Shown one piece after another: positions 25,048-37,299 of a stretch of 38,263 nt of DNA (position 1 is the first letter of the stretch; the number at the start of each line of letters is the position of its first letter). Position numbers and translations under genes: made by a program. The notes below the pieces were generated by a model. It saw nothing but the letters and a program-made list of their open reading frames with translations, did no database searches and was not told the DNA's origin. The stretch comes from Nemertoderma westbladi (lineage: Eukaryota; Animalia; Xenacoelomorpha): positions 1-38,263 of the forward strand of contig JAUCBJ010005127.1 in the NCBI GenBank assembly GCA_032718475.1, written 5' to 3'.

Positions 25048-26695
25048 CAGTGCCGGATTAAGCCTCTGGTGGCCCTAAGGCACATTTTAGTAATTTCCAA
25101 AAATGGCCCGAAGATAGAATTTTTCCGCAAACCCTTTCAAAAGAAAAAGCTGCTAAAAACAACTGAAATTGTGAAAATGTTGCGAAGGAAATATAAAGTA
25201 TTTTCGTTGGATGACTGCGTGCAAATAACTACTAAGTACTTTAATTATAAGTACTTCGCAAAAATAGTTTTCATCAAGAATTTTTAACATTACTAAACGG
25301 CATATTATGCCTATAAAGCCTTTGCTACAAAAAGTGTAATGGTTTTGGTAGAATTTCTCTAGCTTTAATTTTTAATATATTAATGGGACCATTACCCCAA
25401 ATCTATTTGTTTTATTTATTAAGTTACTATTCTGAAAGTTTAACACAATGATCTGTGAAGTTTTATATACTATGGAAACTGAGTATAGATAGCTTCATAA
25501 ACCGTTTGTTCGAAAAATATAGCACTTTTTGAGCAGGTCGGTTTATTTCAAAAATTCTATAAATTTTGAGGCATTTATATGTAAATTAGCTCATGTTTAA
25601 GGATCTGTAATACCACCTGCATTGAAGTTCTTGGTCCAAGACTTTGGTAAAATGAACCTAGATATTGTAGGCTATTTTCTATGAAAATAAAATAAATATC
25701 AGCATTATATTATGTTGTTGAAGAGCAGTTTTTTGGTCAAAAAATAATTAAATGTTGAAAACCGATACCACCTTATGAAAGCCTTTCTATCAAACTACAA
25801 AATGATCGGATCGCAATTTTGAATAAATGTGGTATTTATTTTCTGTAGGGTAGGTTTTGCACGGTACTTATCTTTACAGGACTTGCTGAGAAATATAACA
25901 CACCAAAAGTGTGGGCTTGTGCTCTAATAAAGTAATGATCTTAAGAGAACAGTCTCGGAAATAAGCACTATTTGTCACTAATTTTATTTTAACCAAATTC
26001 AATTATGCTGTCCGAGAGTTTTAGGTTTTGCAGGAATTGCACCTAAAATGCCATCGAATGCAAAATTCAATACACGAGGGCAGAACATCCGAATTTCGGT
26101 TAAATTAAATTACAGGAGTGACAAGAAATTATTTCTGACACGTTTTTTTTTATCAACAACTACTTTATCTACAACTAATTTATCCTCTTTTTTTATCTAT
26201 TAGGGCCTATATTAATAAAACTCGTTTCCGGTAAAAAAATAATTTCGCACTACCATATCTCCACGCCATACATTTACTATGTACAGTATTTCCAGTATGT
26301 CATTATTTGGTTGTTCTAGAAAGTTTAAGAGCATAACTACAAATAATTGCCCACAAATAAATAAAATAAAATTATCCATTTTTCATAATTAGCACTTTAA
26401 AGTTTTACTGCCCATGTTTTATTATTTCCCTGCCATCAGGTCTCGAACTAATAAAACAGCACCTGTCGGTCGTGTGAGCTAGAATTTTGCACTTTCTATC
26501 ACAAATGTAGGGATAGAGAGTAGTCGAAAGATGCACTTTCTTGCTCTGTTTTCTACAAATTTTAGTGAGAAAAAATGTGGACTTTTCAGATTAAAATATT
26601 ATTTTCACAGGAATGACTCGCTGAGAAAAATTGGCCGTATTTTCGGCTGGCCCTAAGGCACGTGCCTTATATGCCTTAAGGTTAATCCGGCACTG
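25048..26695. mobile_element. Non-autonomous hAT-type DNA transposon, 1648 bp, 8-bp TSD
   Basis: Perfect 14-bp TIRs CAGTGCCGGATTAA / TTAATCCGGCACTG; TSD ACAGAGGC at 25040-25047 and 26696-26703; subterminal GGCCCTAAGGCAC near both ends; no transposase ORF. Confidence 0.9.
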
Positions 26696-26905
26696 ACAGA
26701 GGCTTTTCTAATCAAAATAATTAATGCATCATTGAACTAAGCTAAGCTCTTAAATTATACAGACTCATTATATACTATTAAATATACATAAAATATTCTG
26801 ACTCTCATTTTTGTGCCGAACTCTTATAAGCTGTATTTCTATATCATATTAGTGTCCCACAGTATATACTGTATATATATATATTATATATACATGTGAT
26901 TTGCG

Positions 26906-26985
26906 CATTATATATGCGTTTCATATTTACATTATATATGCGTTTCATATTTACATTATATATGCGTTTCATATTTACAATATAT
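26906..26985. repeat. 24-bp tandem repeat, 3 copies plus partial
   Basis: Unit CATTATATATGCGTTTCATATTTA. Confidence 0.85.
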
Positions 26986-28376
26986 ATTCGCTTGGTGTAT
27001 GAATTATTTATTAATTGTGTTTGATCTAAGCTTTATATATGCGTTTGATTTTTCTATTATTCTTTTGAAGAATGTATTATTATAAAGGCCTATGGGTTTG
27101 ATTTTGAAATTTACATATTATTTGTATAATAAACTCTGTCCGTCAGATATTAGGGCTATGCAATTATGGCTAATCTGTTATTTGTTGGTTTGAGTGGGCC
27201 TATAAATACTATATAGAATAAACTTTGTTTGTTCGTCAACAATCGACTTCCATGCTTTAGAGACTAATTCAAGAAAGCATTCATAAAAATAATTCATAAA
27301 TAATTAATAAAAATAATAAAATTCATAAAAATAAATAATTCATATAAAAAACATCAAACTGCCGCCATAATACCAAATGTTGCAGCTTATTGTTTAACTA
27401 TTGTTGAAGACTATTGTTTAATTTTTGATCGCGTATGATATTTCTAACATAGTATACAATATACTGTAAAGTAGTATACGGTTCATATTTTCATATGAGT
27501 CGGAACATTTATTTTCTCTCTTTCGGGAATTTCGAGAATACCTAAAAAACGAATTAGTGTAGGACTGGGCCATTTTCCTTTCATGTGTCTGATGAGGCAG
27601 GTTAAGCTGACTCAAAAAAATAAAAGTTTGCTCTTTTAAAGTAATTTATAGAAATTATTGAAATATTGTGTTAGAAAATAACTGCAAACAATAACATCAA
27701 TACAATTTATTTAATCTACTATTTAATCCCAATGCGTAGTCCATAAGGAGCACGGACCTAAGATTAAACTGGGTTATTCATTGAAAGTGTGCGAAAAATT
27801 TCGAGCACTTCAATTCCTCTTGTAATGCCTCGAGTAGAACTGCTACAGACTGAGAGCAGTGCATCCCGCTCCTGCAATCTCTCCTTTTTCTATTCCAAAG
27901 TGCTGATACCAATTACTTGCCCTGGTGTTAAAAGGAGTGAGTTTCTTATATTACTTCCACGAATTATTCATATTAAACCTAAATCAAATTACATGTTAAA
28001 TAATATATTTTTCAACTTGAATTGAGCATGAAGGCAGGTGGCAACAACCCGAAGCCTACTCTCTTTTGTCTATTACTTTAAGTCAGAGAGGGCGCCACAT
28101 GAACTCCCATTGTGAATGAATACCCAGCCATTTTATTTATCTTAGTCCTTAGTTTAACAGATTAACGGGTACAGAACTACTACCCGACCTTACGTTTGGA
28201 ATACCGAAGAACTAAACACCTGGACAAACTTAATAATCACCGTAGCAATATTTCCATGAACCATAGGTGGGAATAAAAAGCATATTATTTGCTATAAACA
28301 ACTCTTTCTGAATCGCTTTATTATGCTGCATTGTGGTTGCATAAGTCTGTTATTGACACTATAATTAACGTTTTAG

Positions 28377-28547
28377 AGCAAAATTGAAGCCACTACGAGA
28401 GGGTTTGAAGCCAAATATTATGGATAACTTGATTGAGTTAATGGAACGATATACACACAACCTTGAAGATATTGTGCAAGAACGCACTAATCAACTGGTG
28501 GAAGAGAAGAAAAAAACAGAGCAATTACTTCTTCGCATGTTACCTAA
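28377..28547 (+). CDS. Receptor guanylyl cyclase coding exon 2 (end of kinase-homology domain plus coiled-coil hinge)
   Basis: Acceptor TTTTAG ends at 28376 and donor GTAAGA starts at 28548. The 171-nt exon is phase 2-2, compatible with exon 1, and translates (R)AKLKPLREGLKPNIMDNLIELMERYTHNLEDIVQERTNQLVEEKKKTEQLLLRMLP(K), the typical rGC hinge. Confidence 0.93.
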
Positions 28548-29129
28548 GTAAGATGTTGTTTAGTAATGTCTTGCTTACTTAGAGAGGAATATTACGGTAA
28601 TGTGTCAATAATGTCTAATTACATGCAGATCAGGGTCCATCATGGCCAATCTCTACAGGCTATTTAAATATAGCACCCTGCACTTCTGCAGCATCAGTAC
28701 ACATTAAAATGTATGCTTGATGAAGGGTAAGTAAGCACAGTGTATTTCGCATAAAATGTTATTTTTTTTCACCCTGAATATTTCTGAAACTGTCTAGAGT
28801 GCATTCTTGACTCAGGATGGACGATTTAAGTTCGTATCACCCTGAAATTAAATAAAATTTTATATACCTAAAATAAACTATTCAAAAATCATGCGTCTTT
28901 GGTAACTTTTAGTAGTAATATGTGTGTTTTATTAATATTTTGAAACGGTTCTATTGACTGGTTCAGTTTCTTTCTATCAGATATAGGTCAAAATGTATTC
29001 GTTCGCAAAACATAGTCTACTGTACAAAAATTACCTGTGGTGTACCTCAAGGTAATTTATTATGTCCCCTGTTTATTGCATGCTACAGTATGTAAATTAT
29101 AAGTGTTGTAGATCACAATTTTAAACTCA

Positions 29130-29550
29130 TTCTCTATGCCGCCCCGATGACATTGTTCTTATTTTCTCATAAAGATCACGACCATACTCAAAGGTTAAGT
29201 GCAGTTCTAGAATCCTGTAATGAGTGGTTGGTTGATAATAAGCTATCCATTCACTACGGTAAGACTGAAAGTATGTTGTTAGGTTCCAAACTAAGATTGG
29301 AGTCTCTATTGATGGACATATGATAGAAAATAAGACAAATATTGAGGCGCTTTGAAATCATAGGGAAAGCATATTGTAGAAAATAATTTTTATAATCTTA
29401 ACAGTACGCTAATTTCTATACAAACAAATAAGTTGCTTTGCTCTTCGTTAATACGGTGTCACATGGACTAATACTTGCTCTTCTTGCTATTATGGCTTAA
29501 CCAAACTACTTACACGGAAACTACAAGTTACTCAGACCAAATAGTACGAA
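29130..29550 (+). mobile_element. Degraded CR1/L2-group (Crack-like) LINE RT fragment
   Basis: Interrupted translation gives LYA/DDIVLIFSHKD, LESCNEWLVDNKLSIHYGKTESMLLGSKLRL and CHMD..CSSCYYGLTKLLTRKLQVTQ. Confidence 0.75.
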
Positions 29551-30689
29551 ACTGAAGCAATTAAAGTAGGACTACTTAATTTTCTTTGTAGTTAAGTTTC
29601 TACGCATTAACCATGTGCATTTAGCAATTCGTTAGACTTGATTACTGTAAGAAAAAAAAGCTACTGACTACTGGCTACTGACTACTGACCTAGAGCAAAA
29701 ACGGCGCTAACGATTTTGATGAAATTTTGCATGGACCATGAAAATAGATTTCTATGGGTACTTGTGAAATCGCGGTTTAAATTGAAACATCTCAACTTGT
29801 TTTTATTTCGAAAAATAGCCCAAAAACACGAAAATTGCCATAGGCGCAATGATAAAAACACTAGCTGGCACTCATGAAAAATGTATAGAGATGGCCTGGT
29901 AATGCATTCAATAGGAAGGGCCAACTGACAAAGAAGTACTTTCTGTGCCAAGTATGATCACTCTACTCAACAACCCAGACAGTAAGCAAACATTAACTGG
30001 TTTAGCTGGCTATTACAGTCTCAGCTGAATAACTCTTCCCAATGCATCCTTGCTATGTTAATTAATTGGCGTGCAAGCTAAATGACTGTTAGTTAAAAAA
30101 GTGTGTTGGTTACACAGTATATTGTACTATGCTCTCATCGCATTATTGTTTTATTTTGAAATCTTTGTGCCAACATTAATACTGTGGAGGCTGTATGCTT
30201 ATAACAGTATAAGGCTGAATGATTACTCAGCCTCATAATGATTATCCATAAGGCTAACATTATAGTTTAAAATATAAAAATCTGTTATAATATATAATAT
30301 AATTGTTGTATTTAATTAATATCGTGGTTTATATTGAACAATGTAAATTGTTAATCGCGGTTTACATTGAAACATCTCAACTTGTTTTATTTATTACAAA
30401 AATAAGAACGAATTTGTCTTATCAATTCTTGTGCGCGATTGTATTGAATTCATGACAACTGCTGTTATTATTATTAATCAATTGACACCTCGACTCCTCT
30501 CCGAGACTCCGACTACTCTATCCTATAGAACAAAATAATCATTTCGCTAACTGCTCTCTATCTTCTATAATCACAACATATTTTATAGTTCATTGGATGA
30601 TTACAACATAATAATTATAGTTTGAAGTTGTCTAGAAAATTTATCGTACACCACCAGGACTACCCTCTGGAACTATCTCTGGAAATGTA

Positions 30690-31520
30690 TCGTTTTCGGC
30701 TGGAACCCAATTCAAGACGCAAACTGGAAAGCTATGGACTCATAGTGGACCCAGTGGTCACAAATCCCAGATAGACCATATTTTGTTTCGTAGGAAATAC
30801 AGGAGCTCTATACAAGAATGTAATGCATTTACACTTCGACCCTTCTCCAGTGATCACCGCCTTATTGTGGCCAAGGTAAGACTTAGTCTGCATGCTAGCA
30901 GAACAACGAAATCTGCCTTGCCGTGGCATGACTGGTCCTCTCAGTTGCAACAGCCAAGTGTGAGATCCAGCTTCACACTACAGCTGAGCAACAGGTATGA
31001 GGTACTTGCCTCTGAGGCGGCAGATCACTGTGAGGGCTATACTGCCTTCACAGAAGCAGTTAAGTTAGCAGCTGCAGAAGAAACAGTTCCTGTATACCCT
31101 CGAAACAGGAAAAGGGCCCCCTGGACTGACAACAAAATTCAGAAGTGCCGAAATGACCTCTATAAGGCACAGAAAGAGTCCCGACTCAAACAGACTACAG
31201 CAGCCAAGAATGCAGTTAAGGCTGCATCTAGGTCCCTGAACAGGCAGTACTCTGTTAATCTACAGGAGCTAATAAACCAACAGGTTGATGCCATCAAAGA
31301 TGTTGACGACAGCAGGCAATCATCCCAGGCATGGAATTCGATCTACTTGCTTACTGGGCGGAAAAGCCAACCAACCACCAAGGTTAAGGCAGAATCACCA
31401 GCCGATCGCCTCAATAGTTGGAAGGCCCACTTTGAAAAGCTCCTCAATAATGACGGGGTATTGCCTGATAACTTTATAGAAGTAAAAGTGTCTGAGTCTG
31501 TACTCCCAGATATTCCTACA
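30690..31520 (+). mobile_element. RTE-like LINE fragment: C-terminal part of the AP endonuclease plus linker
   Basis: GTQFK..GKLWTHSGPSGHKSQIDHILFRRKYRSSI...SDHRLIVAKVRLSL...WKAHFEKLLN (ORF 30783-31646 and the in-frame upstream part). No RT follows. Confidence 0.85.
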
Positions 31521-31673
31521 ATTTTGTCGACAAGCCAGCACAGCATTCTTAAATATGCAGCTGTAATGCAGCATGCGATCCTAGTAGTAGTAGGGACTAC
31601 CCTCCCACTAATTTATTATCAGACAGAACAAAAAGCTTTTACTTGACGCGTACTGTCTCCTACGACTTGCTTC

Positions 31674-31697
31674 ATGGGCCGCTAGGCCCGTCTCTAG
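31674..31697 (+). mobile_element. Possible Helitron 3' terminus
   Basis: GC hairpin ATGGGCC-GCTA-GGCCCGT followed by CTAG|T. Confidence 0.4.
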
Positions 31698-32199
31698 TAG
31701 TATATATATGAGGTAGCAATTTAGCTACCAGATACACCAGTATTGTGCTATTACTGCAGTACTGAACATTTCAAGAGTTCGAACAAAGTCACAGCTTCCT
31801 CATCGTCTCTAGTTTCAGTTTTAGTTATCCCAATTAACTAAATATTAATTAACCCTCCACTCCCAATGCATGTGATGGTTTCTGCAACCCAATACTAATA
31901 GGATTTAGTTTGTAAAATCCATCAGCGCTACGGATTCCTAATCTGCTTCCTTTCCATTGATCCAGAGACATGGTGTTACTTACAGAATGTATAATGTTTC
32001 GAATTAATCATTTAGGATACATGGAAAAACGTGCTATTTTATCAAAATTACGATAATTTATCCAACGCACTGTTGTGCCAAGAAATACTGTATGTTCACT
32101 TTTTAGTAAATTGAATTAATTATTACTATGTAAAAATTCAAATTCGTGGAATTTCTGTATTTTTACAGCAACTAATTAAAAATTTTCCTGGGCAGTCTT

Positions 32200-33790
32200 C
32201 TACGTGATGAACCACCTCATTAAAATATACGACACATTAATAATAATAAATTAACGATGAATATACTGATAACCTGCTGGGTAGAATTGAAGTTCACAAT
32301 CAGGATTTCGGTCTTTGTTCCATTATAATTTGGAAACTGCGTGTTCTAGAATCTTGAGTATTCTTAGAGCACAATCAAATGTTTTCCTACATTAAACCCA
32401 GATCTTCAGCAAAGTAAAGGTCCATCAAGTTTGTTTGTAGTTTTCCGCTAACTCTAACACTTTCATCTAACTACCACTACTGGCTGGGTTGTATGTCCAC
32501 TAATTATATCAGACGAGAGATATTACTATCACATAGCCCACCACAATAATCAAGTGGAAAGGTGCAAACTTTTTACCTTGACGAACACACAACACTGTGT
32601 CACTCTATGTGGATCTGCATCTCCATCTGTTGTCGAGACAAACTTTGTGGAAACATCATACAGAAGTTTGTTTTGCTGCAGTTGCAGTTACCTCATCGGT
32701 GTTCCATCATTGGTGTTTATAAATAAAAATAAATAGATCTCATAGATTATAAATTATAAATTATAAAGGGTAAATATTGGGAAGTTGATGTTTAACGAAA
32801 TTAATTTTAATTTTAATTTTCACACAAAGTATACAAACCCACAAATAATAACCTGATTCTCATCCTGAACAGCTACATCATTGTAAGTGCTAAAGCAAAT
32901 AAGCTTGGATGGGGGGAGTCCTACATACACATATTTTTCATTTTTCACTTCGCAAATTATCAGATTTATAATATAATCTTAGGTTACCTTTGTTAGGTAC
33001 ATGATCTAGCTTACTTGTCCTCACATCTTGTGTTGCAATATTATGCAGTACATGTCATGGAAAATGGAATTATTTTAGAGTAAGCATTCATGGATCTTCA
33101 ATACCTCATGAGGTATGCCATCAACGTCACAGGCTTTATTTGCCTTAATAGAAGAACACATGCAGCAGATTCTACTTCAAAAAAGAATATGGGGATATAA
33201 CATGAGGGGGGTGTCTTTTGACCAATGTGGGAGACACACTTTGTATAGTGAAGTTATCAGAAAGTACACGATAATTATTGAGTAGTTTCTCAAAGTGAGC
33301 CTTCCAACCAGCCAGGCGATCAGCTGGTGATTCCACTGTTACCTTGGCTTTCTGCCTGTGGGAAGATTATAATTGCATCCCATGCCGGGGTATGATTCCT
33401 ACTTTAATTGGTGGCATTAAATGGTAGCAATCTGCTCACTGTCTAGTCCAGTCTGATTGTCTGATTCAACCTATTTTCCCCTCGGGCTCCGTTCGTGCCT
33501 TCCTTCGGTTTGAATGCATTGGTCAGCCATTGTGATATTTTTCCTCTTCTTTGGAAGCTTCTGTCATTGGCTGCATCGCTCACAGCGTAAACAAACTGTG
33601 TGTACGGTAATTCATTTCATTATTGAACAGTCTGTAATATCTATCTGTTGCAGACCCAGAGTGAATTTTTCCTTCACACTAGGTTTATTCAAGGCAGACA
33701 GTGAGACAGACTGTAATGCTGAGCGGATGCGGATGACCTCTGCTCAAAATAGCTAGAAGTTAGAACGGAAACTGAGTTTAGTTTTGCAAA
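32200..33790 (-). mobile_element. Degraded RTE-like LINE (linker plus RT), related to 30690-31520 but inverted
   Basis: Minus strand GAATCACCAGCTGATCGCCT..GTTGGAAGGCTCACTTTGAGAAACTACTCAATAAT matches 31392-31450. Further remnants include ANKACDVDGIPHEVLK, LLYDVSTKFVSTTDGD..VRQG..APFHLIIVVGYV, LMDLYFAEDLGL and NGTKTE. Confidence 0.75.
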
Positions 33791-34489
33791 CTACAAGACC
33801 ATGGGTAGTTTTGTAAGGCTACATCGTGACGCATACATACGGAGTTCCTATACTTCCGAGATTTAATATGATCAATCCGGGAGTTATGAAACTGAGGCCT
33901 GTCTGGGTATCATATATAATGTATATACATATGGATCATATAGCACGATTACAATTAATTTTGTTTTCTATATTTAGGCCTACTTAATTTACCAGCCTTG
34001 TTTTAATTGGCCTACCTTATTTTTCTAAGTAAAATGTAATTTTTTGTGAAACGTATTTTAGACGGTTTTCGAAAACGTTTCTCCAATAAATAAAAGAAAT
34101 AAAACATTTGTAAACATACCAATAATTAATGGCCTAAATTATAAAAGAAATACGAATACTTTCGTAGAACATATATTTAAGGAGTAATACGTCAAAAACT
34201 TGAATTAAATATGATAAGGTTGTCAACTGACTGCAAGCAAAAGGTTAGTAATTTAGATTAAAAATAATAATAAAAGTAAAAGCTTATTATGCTAGTCACA
34301 TTATATAGCATATCATACAAATGGTTAAAATAATGTTACATTATATTGTTTACATTTAAATTATAATCCCTCTATGGAGAGATTATAATTTGGGGTGGTC
34401 TAACATTAATTGTAAAAAATACAGAATAATATCACTGAAAGTAATCGGTTTAATTGTTCATGTAAATAGTGTGTGTGTCTGTTTTCCAG

Positions 34490-34613
34490 GTCTGTGGCAC
34501 ATCAGCTAATCCTTGGATGCAATGTGGAAGCCGAACAATTCGAAAGTGTTTCCATATATTTCAGTGATATAGTTGGATTTACGGCATTGAGTTCGAGATC
34601 AACCCCAATGCAG
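34490..34613 (+). CDS. Receptor guanylyl cyclase coding exon 3 (start of cyclase catalytic domain)
   Basis: Acceptor TTTTCCAG, donor CAG|GTTTGG; 124 nt, phase 2-0. Translates (K)[41 protein letters not shown], including the metal-binding Asp of FSDIVGFT. Confidence 0.95.
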
Positions 34614-34659
34614 GTTTGGAGTCTATGTTCCTGTCCAACATTTATAACCAATTAACCAA

Positions 34660-36660
34660 TTTCTGTTTAATACTACAACATGCTCATATAGAGCCATTAT
34701 TGTTAAATATTACATAATGTAAATCTGTAGAATCTTATAAAGTAAAATGAAGAAAATACTAGAGAATGTAAGACCGGTAAACCAGTATCAAAAACTGTAA
34801 AGATTTTCACAGTAGATACTGTAATGTATAAAGTTGAATTGAATACAGAAATTAAAAAAATATATGAAAAGTTACCCGAAACCACGTTCTAATGTTGTTG
34901 GATAATTTTATCGCGCTGTTGGAACGCCTTTGCCAAAAAAATTGCCAGACATTAAATTTTTTCAATAGAATTTAATCCTACCAAGTCTTTATATGTATTT
35001 AATGTGGGTTTCCATGGTAACGATTAGACAAATTAATAACTCAGAGATCCCGATAGAATGGCATTTCAGCAAAAAGTGATATTCATCCTCGCCTCAATAA
35101 CCGAAAACATACAGACAAGGTAATAACGTTCATTACGGGGTGTGCTATTCCATCTACCTTGCTCGATCATTAGGGAGTGAGATGGTGTACTGAATCTCGC
35201 AAGCGACCGACAGAGTCTGGGGTACCTGTGTAGAACATTCAGGTAGGATTCCTCCTGGAACAAATACTAAACATAGAGCAGCGATTGGGGAGAAGAACTC
35301 ATTAGTGACCACCACTGTTGGATATAATTATCTTGGAGTCGTGTCCTGACCTCTGCTAAGAATAGGGTTTGGTGTTCTACGTACTGCTTGTCCCAAATTC
35401 CCCGGAAGCCTAAGGATCCTAGAAGGTCCCGAACATTGAAGGCCCAGTTAACTGAACTGAAAACCAAGCAGTCATGAAGTTGGAGAAGATAGGCCTTCTT
35501 AACGAGACGGTAGTTAGGGAGATTCAAAATACGAATCCAGTACTTAATAATACTTAGTTTTCTGGAAATTGAGAGCGGAAAATACCCAGTTTCACCATAC
35601 ACCATAAAATCGGGTGCCATAGTCTTGACGCCGAGTATTAATTTAACAATTTTTAAAACGATCCGATTAATAGCATCCGAGTTCGTGAAACCTCAAACTT
35701 CACAGGAGTACATTAATATAGGACGGATAAGAGAATTAAACAGATGCAGCTTAAGTTTAAATGATAAATTGGGGTACTGACTGAGATACTTAAGGAGAGT
35801 GAAATAGCTTTATTGGCTTTGTCTGCAAGAGATTGCTGGGCAAGAGTGAAGCTACCAGATGGGGTAAATAAAATACCAAGATAGTACCAAGAGTATGACG
35901 AAACTACTTCCAGTGGGCTACACTTATACAACCAGTGTTCGTTTCGACGGAGAGGCCCGCCTTTACAAAAGACCATAACCTTGGATTTACTTAGATTAAT
36001 AATTTTCATTCCCCACAAATGAACTGAATGTCCAAAGAATGAATGAAGAATGTCCAAAGCATTCTTGAGGCCAACAGCTGTGTCGCTTACTAGGAAGAAA
36101 AACATTGTGGGGGTTGGGGGGTGAGGGTGGGGGGGGGGGCTTTTTCTGCCGAGTCAGCTCTCGGGGCAAATACCACACCCTCGTTTGCCATTCCACAGGG
36201 TGGGTGTCGCAGTGGAGTCGATATGAGGCCCATCACCCATACCTACTCTGACGCACATGACCCACCATTGGCTGTGCAATGCAGCTCATCTGCAGGGCCA
36301 TGCCCTGTACCCCTGCTGCCAGCTGTGTCGCTTAGCAACACGATATCGTCTGTGTAAAGAAAAATAAATAATTTAAAGGTCCCAAGATCAATCCCAGGAG
36401 CACCTCCGCGGATCAACTCCAGCTCAAGGTCATTGATAAATAAAGAGACAAGCAATGGGGACAATGAGTCGCAACCAACGAGGCAAGGGAAACCCCAACG
36501 GACACAAGATTTAACTTCGGCGTACATAGTATGTACGTCTTAAAAGTTATTAAGAGTATGTACTACATACTCTTAATAACTTTTAGAATTCGACCAGAAA
36601 ATCCAAGGTTGAATAGTTTCTGCCAGAGAGCTGATCGGCTAACTAAATCGAAGGCGATGT
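34660..36660 (-). mobile_element. 5'-truncated non-LTR retrotransposon (RTE-X-like): RT, C-terminal Cys/His domain and 3' UTR
   Basis: AFDLVSRSALWQKL..ILKVIKSMYAEVKSCV, LSPLL.SLFINDLE, LYTDDIVLLS, INLSKSKVMVF, YLGILF, VYGETGYFPL..IKYWIRIL and RF...SHSLMIEQGRW...ER...C, with multiple frameshifts. Confidence 0.88.
36090..36319. mobile_element. 230-bp GC-rich insertion nested in the LINE RT, with 15-bp TSD
   Basis: CAGCTGTGTCGCTTA at 36075-36089 and 36320-36334 duplicates the RT codons for SDTA. Confidence 0.8.
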
Positions 36661-36809
36661 ACAGAATGATCTGTTATAATTACCGGCATATAATACTAAT
36701 GAAAAACTAATAATAAAAAACTGTAATGTTGACTGATATAATATATATAACATATAACATAATTATACTTCTACATACACCCGTACATACCCACATACAC
36801 CACTATAGG

Positions 36810-36890
36810 CAGGGCCGTATTAACGGCGGGACTTTTGGGGCTACAGCCCCGGGGCCCGTGAAGGTTTGGGGCCCCCCAGAAAAAAGAGAA
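36810..36890 (+). mobile_element. Left end of a hAT-type MITE (no partner end seen)
   Basis: CAGGGCCGTATTAA resembles the TIR of the 25048 element, followed by GGGGC/GCCCC/GGGCCC subterminal motifs. Confidence 0.45.
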
Positions 36891-37299
36891 AAAGTAATGG
36901 TCACTCCTTACATTAAAAAAAATATTTTTGGAACCACGTTAAAACTAAAACATACAAGATGCCCAGATGAACAAATGCGAATTTCACATTCCAAATTATA
37001 CTACTGAAAATATAGCATACCACACCTCTCCAATTTCTCACTGTAAACATTGCCAAAGGGCAAGAAAGGCGGGAGGGGGGGGGGGTCATAATGTAAAGAA
37101 CACTAACAGTAGTAAAGGAAGGGAGCAACACTGAGCTGTATACAGACAGGAGTAATATTTTTCGCGTGAAAAAATGTCCTTCAGAGATAATTGCCTGAAG
37201 TCAAACCTTCCCGCGCAAAATTGCCTGTATGAGGTCTGGTTGGTTAATAGACTCTAACAGGAAGGAAGCACACCACCGCAGTAAAAATTATATTCACGG

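Noticed and set aside
27588-27620. Hammerhead at CTGATGAGGCAG...
   Set aside because: No GAAA core follows stem II.
36145-36205. HDV-like ribozyme within the 230-bp insert
   Set aside because: The CCCTCG loop-like motif lacks a closing P3 strand and the P1.1 GG, so I cannot build the nested double pseudoknot.
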